DNA of 64,000 bases from Amoebophrya sp. A120. Lineage: Eukaryota; Protista; Dinoflagellata. A model generated the notes under the pieces. That model made no database searches and was not told the origin of the DNA. It saw only the letters and a program-made list of their open reading frames with translations. The position numbers and the translations under genes are program-made. The stretch spans positions 4,956,830-5,020,829 of the forward strand of contig CAJINV010000003.1 of assembly GCA_905178155.1 (NCBI GenBank), given 5' to 3'. Below are positions 11,930-23,500 of this stretch, piece by piece (position 1 is the stretch's first letter; every line of letters begins with the position of its first letter).

Positions 11930-13426
11930 TTAAGCGAGACCAGTTTCCGGACCCTTTGCTTGTGACGTGAAGACATTGTAGGGCTTCGCGGCGTTCCACA
12001 CCGCTCCCGTGGGGTCTAGAGCCATACAAAATTGCATGTCCCGTTGAAACTTCGCCCCAAGCCGCTGCCTCCACTCCTCTGAGAAACCGTTGGAGCTCTG
12101 TCGAGACTCCAGATCCGCGAGTGCCCGTAGCCACTTTTCGCATTTCTCTGGGTGCTCTTTCGCCGCGACTCTTATCGCCGCCACTTGCACGTCCTGAAGC
12201 TCCATCAGTTTGCAATTCTCGTAATCGACCGAACCTATTGCAGACAATAAATTTTTGCCATGTATTTGTGGTCGAAGCTTGCATCATCAAAAAGTAAAGC
12301 TAAAAAGTCATATGTTGTCTGAGGTAGCAGTATCCCTGCTGGTACCGTCTTCGTTGTAGGCTATATCCCAGGTTGGGTAGGTGCGGAAGTTGTCAGTTCT
12401 CCTGGACCTGTGCCACAGAACCTGCGCCGGATGCAAGAAGGGCGCGTCTGTTGGGGCATCGTCGACATTGTGCATGAGCTGGTACTTTCCGGTCGGAGAG
12501 TGCATCAGTTGCTCCACTGTGATTTGCCCACCCTGACCCACCTCCGCCGGATATTTCGCCAACCGTTCCTCGTAGAATTTTCGCGGGTTCAGTGCGTACC
12601 GAGTGCAAGACCGGCGCGTTCCGCATACATCCTCGGGGTCAATGTACTCGCGGACAATCTTCAACTGTGGATCCGTTCCCATTTCCTCCAAAATCTGCAG
12701 TTCCTCCACCATATTCGGTGCAATTTGCAGTGATTGGCTCGGGCAACCAATCCGTTCCGCCTCGTAGCCGCGCCAGGAAGCTTCGTGGTCCGCGGCGGTC
12801 GAGTCTAAAGCAAAGACTTTCACGCCCTCGCCCATCGGATTCTGCTGCGGTGGGTTCGCTGGTCCTGGTGGGATAGGGATTGGCGTCGCGGAACCCGAAG
12901 ATAGCACCTAAAAAGACATGAATCAATTTGGAGGAGGTCAACTCGTCGTGGGCGCGGATGCGGCAATCATGGTAAGTAAAACGCCTCATTGTGAACATCC
13001 TCTGACTGTTAATTATGAATTATGTGCTGGAGCACTGCGTCCATGTTTGTAAAAAAGAGCGATCGTTTGTACTTACTGAGCTACTTCTTGCAAAATATTT
13101 TTCATGGGCAGTACGTAAAAATAGACCTGCTGATTTGGGCCAAAGCTTCCGTAGTTGGGTTGCTGTCCATAATTCGGGGCCCCCATGGGAGGGGGTTGCT
13201 GTCCATAATTGGGGTACTGTGGCGAGCCTCCGTGGCCATAGCCTGTAGGGAAACCGCCCGGTGCTCCGTAATTCACGCCTCCGCCGTACGCCTGATGATC
13301 CACGTACGCATTTTCCCTCTCCCGCTTCTTCTGCGCTAGACACCGCACGAGGGAGATGATGCCCAGGACGATCAGAATTATGGCATAAACCGCCAACTGA
13401 ACCAGTTGCGGAGTGATGTTAACCAT
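11930..13426 (-). CDS. Hypothetical single-pass membrane protein with G/Y/P/Q-rich segment, about 3 exons
   Basis: MVNITPQLVQLAVYAIILIVLGIISLV TM segment. A GT-AG intron at 12908-13126 joins PNQQ to VLSSGSATP in frame. The link to the 11930-12247 ORF is inferred. Confidence 0.55.
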
Positions 13427-14227
13427 CTTTCGAGCGGTGGTATTGTCGAGGTCGAGGTCGCGTGGAACAAATACAAAATAAACTTTCAGGGTACAAGAAA
13501 GTAAAGAACGCTTTTCGATTGCGAGTTCAAAACCGGACCAACGAAAACTCAGCTGTACATTATTGCGTACATGTCGAACTGAAATGCAACTTTTTGGCTT
13601 TGCTCGCACCCAGGCCTGTTGCGCGACTAAATGCGAATGGAATCATGATCGCATGGCTCACTGTTTTGATCAAGATCCACCTGCTTTTCAGTCACAAGGC
13701 AATCAGGATCAGAACGAGAGGGAGGATCGTCTCCAACACAGGATGTTGACCTTTGCTACAGACTAAATTTCTCGCCGCCGCAGCAGAATCCATCATTACG
13801 CTGTTTCATTCCGCCTCGCAGGAACAAAAAGCCACAAAGAAAACGAAAGCTAGCAAAAGAGCATCATCAAATCACTAGCAAAGTACGGAGGAAAAAGAGC
13901 CATAGCTTTGCTCGGTAAGTAACGATCTCCGAAAAGAACACTGACATGGACATACACAGCGACAGCATAACTTTGCTCGGACTAAATGCCGACGAAAATC
14001 AGGATCGGGAAGTCTTGCTCATTCGTTAGATGTAAAAACGGCATGTGGGTCAAACAAAAGGAAAAGGGAGATCAGAAGGTTGTCGCGGGGATACGCCTGG
14101 CGGTTCGCCAGGAACGAGGGGGAGGATTGTACAAGCACAAAAAAATGGCTGCAGGACCGCCACTCATGTAAACAAAGGTGCTTATCACTACGCGGGTGCA
14201 ACAAGAACCACAAAAAAGCACAGACGC

Positions 14228-17200
14228 CTACGCCGCGTCGCTGTTTAAGCGGTCGATGGTGTCACCGAGGAGCAGGCTGTAAGTCCGCGTCCGCTGCGGG
14301 TCCGTGAGGTCTTCCCAGGAGGTCGTGAGAAACTCCTCGTCCAAGCCGTCCAGGGCCTGGAGTTGGAGAATCAAGCCCCGGCGCACGCTAACGTCCAAAC
14401 ACCCGTCCTTTTCGATGATGCCGTCCGCCCAGGTGCCGAGCACCTGCCGTGTGCGCGGGCGGACCTTGGTCCGACTGTCCTGGAGCCGCTGCAGCACGGA
14501 CTTGTGCTCGAGCAAGACGTGTGCCGCACTCTGGATGTCGTTCTCCAGGATGCGCACGACCAAGGCCGCGATCAGAATGTCCACGTTCAGCGAGGATGCG
14601 AGGGGTCGTGCGCGGGAAAGCAGACCTTGGTTGTCCTCTAAGGTGTGAACCGCCTCCTGCACCTCCTGCGCCTCGATGTACGCAAGACAGTCTGTCGTCT
14701 TCCCCTGGTCCGTGTACGCGGGTCGCCGGCACATCGGGCAGAGACAACTACTCCCCTGCGAACGTGCCCATCGCTCTAGGCACCTGTTGTATAATCGAGA
14801 CATTATGTCGAGTAGTTCCGATTCTACATCTAGTTGTACTTTTAGCTGTAGTTTCAAACGGAAAATGCTATCCTGAGCTCTCACAAAAGCATCGGTCTCA
14901 GCCTCATCCTCTTGATGAGTAGTCCAGAGTAATCATCTTTCTACGACCAGTTTCAATTTCTACTTGACTCAATAAACTCACAACTACATTCCCAAAAAAA
15001 CAATGCGCAAATTATCAATACGCAGCGTGGTAGATGTGGTCGCACTCCGGCATAGTCCGCACCAGCTCCCCTTCCTCGAACTCCGTGAGACAGATCGTAC
15101 AGCTAGGGGCACTGTCGCTGCCGCTGAGACTGGTGGCACTACTTTGCCTTTCCGCGCTCCTGGTTCCCAAGAGCGGCTCCTTCCTCGGATCTGTTGCTTT
15201 ATTGCTGGGCGACGGCGAAGCAGAAACTACTCGTGCGGCTCCACCTGCGTTGGGCCGCGCACTGGCTTGTTCCTCGCCTTCTCCAACCTCGACGCCGAGG
15301 AGCAAGCGCTGCCGCCTCGCGTTGGGCGACACGTTCGACTCTGCTTGCTCTCCCTCAGCACGACCCCGTCTTCGTCCGCGATTCCGCCGTGTTGACGCGG
15401 TTGCTGCTTCCGCCTCGTCCTGGTGGGAGAACTGAAACGTGCGCTCGAACGTACTGGTGAGATAATCCATGATCGACCCCGGCGGTGCAGCGCCGGCCGC
15501 TCCCGTCTCGCCCTCCTCCGTCTGCGGTCGATCGGACACGCCGGTCTCTGCTGGTCTCGCCCCCCGGGCAGACGACGGGGACCGCCGCGCCGTTGACGAG
15601 GAACTGCTGGAGGTGCCTGTCAGAGGTCGTTGTACGTGGACCGGTTGAGAAGAAGATTGATCCATGTTTACTGTTACCACGAGATCGCTTGGCGCTCGTG
15701 TACTCACCGTAGAGGTAGTTGCCTCGGAGAGTATAGACGCGTTGTCATCTTCCATACAACCGCCCACAGGATCATCTAGCTCGCGAGCCTCGTCCCCGCC
15801 ACTGCGACCACCGGAGCGGGGTGGTCCTACGACGTCGGTGGCGCCGTCGTCGTCCTCCGATGAAGCCGCGGGAGCCGCGACATCGAGTGCAACATCATCG
15901 GCGTCCTCTTCAGGATGGACCTCTGCTGGTTTTTTCCTGTTGGCCGCGCCACCAAGCTTCTTTTGCTCCTCTTTCTTCTTCCGCCGCGCGTCCAAGTTGT
16001 GCAACTCGCGCGAGAACGGTTCCGGCGTCAACAAAAACTGGGTATTCGGGTCCGGCCGCTCTTCCGGTCCATCCATCCCCGGGTTCCAGCCGCGCCCGCG
16101 TCCGCGCATGCCAATCAGGGCGGCCAAAAATTGCGGAAATTTCCGCCCCGTGGCCGTGGTCGACAAAAGCAGAAGGTCGCACCCTGTGGTCGAATCATGT
16201 ATGACAAAATTGTGGACAGTAATCAGTATCAGTTTCAGTAGTTGGTCATTACGATCTTCTAAAAAATGAAACGCAAGATATGCTCGACATTCAGCCGAAC
16301 ATCAAAACATGTTTGTAATGGAGTCTCATGCTTGTTCTACTTACATTGTCGAAGCACATAGGCTAGAACTATATCTACACTAAAACTTACTTACCCATGA
16401 GGAAGCTGAGAATCACGAGCGTTATCCTGCGGACGTCGTATGTGCCCGGATCGACGTTGTTGTGGTCGTGGTCGTCCTCCTCCTTCTTGATTAGGACGGT
16501 GAGGCACACCCAGTCTGCCGAGAGGAGGATGACGAAGAACGCAATGCGACCGGCCCGGAACACGGAGCAGGGCTGCTCGATGCCGTGGCCCATGGCAAAC
16601 ACCATGGCCACGAACTTGGTGAGGATCAGCGAGGAGAGAAACAGTCCGAGCCCGTTCATCTTCTGCAGGACGAACCACTCCTTCGGCGCATCGGCCGCGG
16701 CACCGTAGAGTGCGATCTGGATATTCAGGATGACCAGCGGCACGACAAAGAACACGATCCGCGTCAGCACGCAGAGTCCCACCTGGTTGGGGTTGTTCAC
16801 CCCCCGTGCCTGCAACCGGTATCGTCGTGTGCAGTCGAAAAGCTTGCGGCTAGAGCACGCGATAATCAGCAGCACCAGGAACGGCACGCAACACATCTCC
16901 TTCAGAAACTGGTGGCCGGTTACCGCGCCGACGCCCAGAATCGCCACTGGGTTCGCGAGCCACACCATCGGAACTAGCAGCCCCATTTTGCGTCGAAAGC
17001 AGGCCGGCCCAGACTCCATCTAAAAATTTGAATAAGTCTTCCTCTTCGATTGCCAAACAAACAACCAGGAAAGGGTATATTCAGGGTTTAAAAGTAAAAC
17101 CAAAGAACCCACTTGTGCAGAACTCGGGAAGCATTTTTCACCTAACTAATATCTCATCTTGGTGAACACCTACTTACTACTGCAAACTGAGATGCCTGTC

Positions 17201-17491
17201 TCAACATTTTCATCTTGTTTTGAGAGCAGCAGCGGTGGCACATCAAAACAATGGGCTGTAGTGCAATACCAGTCGTCTGAGCACGAGCATGCTGAAGGTG
17301 CCAATCGCGAGAACGCCGATGGCGTAGGCACAAACGGTGCAGATGTACCAGCTCGCGGCGTCCAGCTCGCCCTTGCTTTGCGACCAGTGCGTCCAGAGGA
17401 GCGCGCCGGGAAACAGCCAAAATAAACCCACGCCGCAAAACCGCATCACGCCAGCCTCCAGGTCTTCGATCGACAGGCGGGGCCACGGCAT
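14228..17491 (-). CDS. Multi-pass membrane RING-H2 E3 ubiquitin ligase, 4 exons
   Basis: In-frame canonical GT-AG joins link ORFs 17243-17491, 16387-17019, 15015-16166 and 14228-14884. The spliced RING-H2 reads CTICLTEFEEGELVRTMPECDHIYHAACLERW...CPMCR. Several N-terminal TM helices. Confidence 0.85.
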
Positions 17492-18288
17492 AGTGCCCGT
17501 TGCTGCTGCCCTCCTTCTTGCGCCGCGACGTAGCTTCTTCTATCCGAATTCTTGTCGGTATGGATCAATATTTTGTTCTCACGCACAAGGCCGTAGGTAC
17601 TATGCGTGCCATTTTTCTTTTCGGCGAGCGGCGAGGAGCCGAATGCTGCCTAAAAGTTCCGCGTCGCTTCTGCCACGTCTTGCGATTCTTACATCTTCGA
17701 TCTGGGCGGAGATAGAATGGAAGCACGAGTAAGTCTCGAAAACGCGACGATGCGAAGTATGGGGGCGAGAACGAAAAAGGGGATGCCTTTCACTTTTACA
17801 ATACTTTGTTCGACGACACATTTCTGTTCGCTTTCGAGAGACCTGTTTCCACGTTTTTGTCCGCGAGGCCGTCGGGTCACTTTGCTAAAAGATTGTGATT
17901 CTCTCAGTCCAAATAGAAAAGAGAAAAAATGAAACCGACCGCCATCGACAAGTTCAAACCACGTACAACTGAACACCCTCGTCTCTGTTTTTCCACGGAA
18001 GGTTCTCCCGTGTCAGCTATTGTTCTTGGTCGTGCAAACAAAAACCTAAACTTCGCATAGACAACTTTTAGTTTTGACTGGTTCGTTCTCAAAGACGTGT
18101 TTTTTCGAACTTTGACGGACACAGTACAACGAAGTGTGAAAATTGTAGCCGTCACAGACATTTATGCGAATTGACCAGGTGAGAAGTGGCAAAAACATCA
18201 CAATCCGAATCCTTGCTAAAGCTGCATGAGCATGATTGCTTTTGCACGCTCGGTGCCTATTGTACACATAATATTCGTAAGTACATCG

Positions 18289-19968
18289 TCAGCCAGCTTG
18301 ATTATAATTCTGAGGTTCCTTCCTGTCCGCTTTCGCCGCCTGATCTTTCTGCGTTTTCTGGAAGGGCAAATCCCAAAACCCAGCTGGTGTGTAGCTCACC
18401 GGCCAGTTCTCCCATTGGGTGCGGATCTTCTTCCGCAGCGGTTCCCGCTCATATGGGTTCTGTCGCTCGTAAGAAATTTTTTCCCAGACGTTCAATTTCT
18501 TCTCGGCGTCCCCTTCTCCCGCGTTAGAAGACCCACTCTCTGCCGCCTTTCTCGGACGCTTTTGCTGGAGGTACTGCTGCATTTTGGCATTGCGAGTATT
18601 GCCGCGCGTCGTACTCGAGGACGCAGCGCCGACGTGGTGCGGAATCGGAGCTCCTACTTCTACATTTGGCTGTATTTTCGTAGATGAAACAGCACTTGCT
18701 GGTGCTCCACCACTGCCAAGAAGTATGTCGCTTCGTGTGATGTGTCCCTTCTTGTTCGAAGAGCTAGCGTTATTGGTCCAGAATTCGCTATCTAGCGGGG
18801 GCACTCGAGAAATCGCAGAAGGAACACCCACCGCAGCTGGATCCTGTTGCACGTTCGCATTCGATGAAGCGCTTGAACTTGTAACTGCAGCTACAGATGC
18901 ACCTTCATCTGGACCTGTCTTCATCGTTGGCCGAGAATTCTTGTGGCGGCCTTTTTTGTTTTTCTCGCCCGTGACTAGCAGAGAGAAGTCCGACGGATTG
19001 TCTGCGAAGGCGTTCCGGTTGGCGCGAGTCTCATTTTTGCCACGAGGACCCGTAGTATCATTTCCTGCCTCTGCGACAATCTCGTCTGGAGGTCTCGAGC
19101 AATTTCCTGCAGCCTTTGTCCCGGCAAACGCCAAATTCGAGGATGAACTGCTGTCGCAAAACTCTTTATTCGGTTCCACGATTACATCAGTGCGCGGTCT
19201 CTTGTCTGGCCTTTCAGAGGACCCACAAACCGTGCTGCCGGCTTGTCCACGCAAAACTCTCTGCTTCTTGAAGCCTTTCCGTCCCGACGCAGGACCATCG
19301 CCGTAAAAGACAACCTAGAAGCAATAAAGCAAGCACTATGACAACCTCGCGTAGACAAGAATGGTAAGAGCACTATGACGTGACGACCTCGCGCAGACAA
19401 GCAAAGGGCACACACAGGTCCACCTCCCCTACATACTTATATGGAAGCAGCGAAAACCAAAACATCACCAATAGTAAGTCCATACCTTCTCCTGCTCGTC
19501 GTCACGTGTGCTTTCCTGCAGTTCAGGTTCAGGTAGGGCAGCATTGCCACCAGTGCGAGCGGTAGTTCGTTCTGGTTTTCTCATTGCGTCTGCGCTGCCG
19601 AGCTCGCCCTCCCCATTTTCACGCAATTTGACTGCCTCGCGCCCCTCCGGGGTCCTCTCGGCTGCATGCCCTACCTGCCGGTCGCGTTCCTTATCAGCAG
19701 GCTGGATAATTGCTTTCGTCTCTATTGCGTGATTCGGTTCACGTCCGGTAGCAGGAGCGGTAGCCGCCGCAGAAGTACTAGATGAACTAGCTGCTGCCTT
19801 TCCCTTCGCAACCGCAACCGAAACGGCCAGCTGCCCCTCCAAGAACGTGATCCGCTTTTGGAACTGCAAGATCTCTTGTGCATGGGCTTTTTTCATCCGC
19901 GTGACTTTGCTCGTCAAATCCTCCACCTTGCGCCGTAGCTGCTGTATCTTCTCCGCGTCTGTCGCCAT
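18289..19968 (-). CDS. Coiled-coil protein with C-terminal TPxGFW motif, possible divergent CtIP/Sae2/Com1-like
   Basis: N-terminal coiled coil (MATDAEKIQQLRRKVEDL), GT donor near 19482, disordered middle, C-terminal SYTPAGFWDLPFQKTQ. Confidence 0.45.
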
Positions 19969-20553
19969 CCTTTCTTGATTCTTTCGGTGCGGCAGGCTCA
20001 AACGAACAAAAACAACACTAGACCAAAAGTCACATTTGGAATTCAAAACGAAAACCGTGCGAACGAGGACTTGAAGAGTGGTATTCAGCCGACGCTCTTC
20101 GAGCAAACACGGTGATAGAGTACAGATCAATCAGAATCCAGAACGGCACGACGCAAAAGTCTCACCAAGCAATGGCTCTCCCTCTTTCAAACACGACAAA
20201 ACTCACAGGCAGACAACGCGATCTCCTGAAGACAAAGCATCACACACGAGCACGATGATGAACACGAGTATTCCTCTTCCTCACCTACAGCGTTAGAATA
20301 CGTATGCCGTGCCCCTCTTTGCCTTTATTCACTTGCTTCAGAGGACACAGGTACATTCGGACACATACGGAATTCATTGCGATGTTGTAGATGAGCGAGG
20401 ATCGCCCAAGTAAGAGGCACTTGACAAAATAAATCAGTGCTATTTTTCAAATGGAATGAGAATTGCTCTACCGCGATGACGATGAGAATGTGCATGCGCT
20501 TACTCTTTCACGCACTTTCATCTTACGGCGTCTTTTTGTACCAGGCGGAATCG

Positions 20554-23500
20554 TCAGCCAATCCTTCTCGTATTTTCGAACTGGATCAGAGGACACTCTG
20601 CAATCGCGCCACATACTTCGACTCTGCCCGACTCTGACACATTATCCTTGAAGAGAACGCGGTCTCCTTTTTCGAACACCGTCCCTGCCAGGCCGTACTC
20701 GCAACCGCGAAAGTAGGAATTGAGACACCTGATATCCAGTCGGTGAGGAGCAGCCGCGCTGGTCAAAAATCCCCCTTTACGGCTCCCTTGTAAAATGTGG
20801 ACGGCACGCCTGACATTCTCGAACGCCGTGCAGTTCGCCTCGTCCACGACTGCGCCGGATTGATAAGTCTCTGAGTCGATGTGTATCCAGCTACCGCTTA
20901 GAATTTGGTCGACTTCAATCGCCGCAGATAAGTTGTGAAAATTGCAACCCAAAACGCACACGGAGCCACTGACTGACTGAATTCCAATGGTACTGCCAGT
21001 ACTCGGAGGCACGAGGCCGCGATCGCTATAAAATTTGCAGCGAAGAAAGACCGCTGGCGCTATCGAGGGCCCACAGGCAACGCCTGCGACCGAGGGGCGA
21101 CAAAGGTTGAAGCGGCAGTCTGTGAAATAAGGCCCCGGCTGTTCGAAACCCACCTCCGTGCAGCATGCTTTGGCTCTTGGTGCAAATAGCGCGTGAGTCG
21201 TGTTTTTGCTCCCAAGATTGTCGCTCAGTAAAGCCTTGAGGCCAGCCTGCGCCGCTTCAATAGTTGTGATTGCGTTCTCGCCGTTCTCCGCGCCCCACGA
21301 TGTACCAGCTGGCGCAATCGCTACGGCCTTGACTTTTCGCGCATCGTGTGCGTCCCGGCGGGACATAGGAGGTAGCCATCGCTTCTCTACAATCCTGCTC
21401 CCACAAACAATGCCCGCACGTTCAGCCCAAAGCGGATTCGCCTCGTCGCTAGGTAATTTACGGACGCACAGGGACGCATTCGGGACCAGCTTCAGGGCGA
21501 GAAGCTCTTCCGCTGTGGGGGCGATAGCATCAGCAGCACCTGTCTTGGGCCCACCGGCTTTGTACAATACGCCTACCCGTCCAGATCGTGCCTGCACACC
21601 CTCAACAACCATCATTGCGGTTGCAGTCTGGCCTGCCATCGTGCTGCCGCTCCATTTTGTTACTGCTTCGCTAGGCGGTCGGAACAGGATTCTGCGGAAT
21701 TGGCATTGCCGATTGTAGACGCGGAGTGGCTATCCACGGAAAACAAGTTTGTGTCTAAGTGGTTGCAAAGCTTGCACCTGTATCTGCATACCGCTCGGGT
21801 GGCGTCAACAGGCCTCATGTCTTCAAGATCCGCATGCAGAAAGGCGCAACGCGTTGGCTATGCGACGAAGCCACTTCTAGCGCGCGCTAATTATGAAACA
21901 CATTCAAACTTATGACTCATTGACCTATTGGAAGCCCTTACGTGCAAAGCAACCCTCCAGACCCAGACCTTGTTGCAAGGCATAGACAGCCAGGGCCTAC
22001 CTCCAAAACCGCCGCGCCGTGCAGTTGGTCCTCACGCTGGAAGCACTGCTTCGGATTGCGCGCCTGCATTCGCCTACGATAGCGCCGCGCCTCTTTTCCC
22101 AAGGGCCGGCCTTCGATCAGCAGGGAGCCCCGGATCTCCAGCGGCTTCAAAATTGCTTTCCCCGTCTTGACAGTTTGGTCTTCAAGCAGCACGATTCGGA
22201 AGTACCGGTCGTCCGCCGGCGCCTGTGCAATCGCCTCTGCAAGCGTTTCGCAGTGATCGGGCACCAGAATGCAGTACGGATCGTTGAAGGGACTTCGCAT
22301 AGCATCCAGGGAAAACATGTCTGGGTCTGGGACATTACAACTTGCGGCCCTGGCGCTGCCTTTGGATTCTACAGAGCTATGCATTGCGTGGGCAGGCACG
22401 GGAGTCCAGTTTTTGCCACGACGAGAGGCCATTTCTCATGCGGCATATATAAGGAGCCATCAGGAAGCCCTCACGAAGTCTGTAAAAATTTTGCGGCACC
22501 CATTAAGAACATCTTCATGGGTCATGCAAAATTGGGATGACTATGCGCGAAATCTGCCTGACGCAAACATATTTTCAGTCAGTACATCGCGACCGGATGC
22601 GACAACGCCCACGACGGCAGGGCGTCAGAATCCTGCGCCGAGAGGCTGCTTCCGCGGTGTGTTTCGTGGTACAGCTCGAGCGCCTCGCGACTCAGCCGGC
22701 TCGAGATTGGGTCGAGAAAGAGACGGAAAATGCAAAACGCGATCCGCTGGTATGCCCCGGCCACCCCCAGCTCCAGGATTCCCGTTTTTGTGTCCAGCTC
22801 CAGGCGCACGGTGGTCGCCTTGCCGCGTAGGCGGGACACCTGGCGGCGGCTGCGTGCCTGCTCGGACATCGCTTCACATGCCTCCCCGTCTGCGGGCCTT
22901 CCCGTTGGCGGCCGCGTGAGTTTCTCCAAGTGCAGAACGTACTCGCAGCGGTAATGTCGGTCGCCGATAGGTCTCCATCTCGGAGGCTGCAAAAGGTCTG
23001 CAAGACATTCACACTCATCGTCACGCGCGAGCATCAAGGCCACGAGCGGGCGTCCGGGCGGTTGAAAGCGAGCCGCGTCCGTGTCGGTCGACCCCGCTCC
23101 GTTCAAAAAAAGATCGATAAAACCCCGCCGCATTTCCTTGCCCATGCCGGGCGGGCGGAACTTCCCGCGCAGTCGGTGCTTTTCCGGAAGGTCTCGCAAG
23201 AGCCTCTGTGCTATGCTGGCAGAGAGCTCGCTCGTCAGAAACTCCGCGCTGCTGCAGTGGATGACGCGAAACCGCGGATGAGCCTTGAGTGTCCTGTGTG
23301 GCAAGCGGTCGGCATAGGTTCCAGCCGCGTCGAAACAGGGGCGGCCCGCTTGCTGCTTGTATCGTGTTGGTAGCTGGAAAAGGCTCGAAGTTTCTTGCGC
23401 TTCTGTGTACCAGCAGCGCCCGCTTTCTGCCCATCGATTCAAGTCGCGATACATGTCGAACGCTTCGCCCTCCTGCTTCAACAACTCGGGCAGAAAAACG

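Noticed and set aside
12125-12139. ccgtagccactttt, resembling the dinoflagellate spliced leader
   Set aside because: Only a partial match, and antisense within a probable exon; likely chance.
19332-19402. Short imperfect direct repeats (also at ~9460-9520, ~36534-36677 and ~49379-49460)
   Set aside because: Only two degenerate copies each, with no TIR or TSD; ordinary local duplications.
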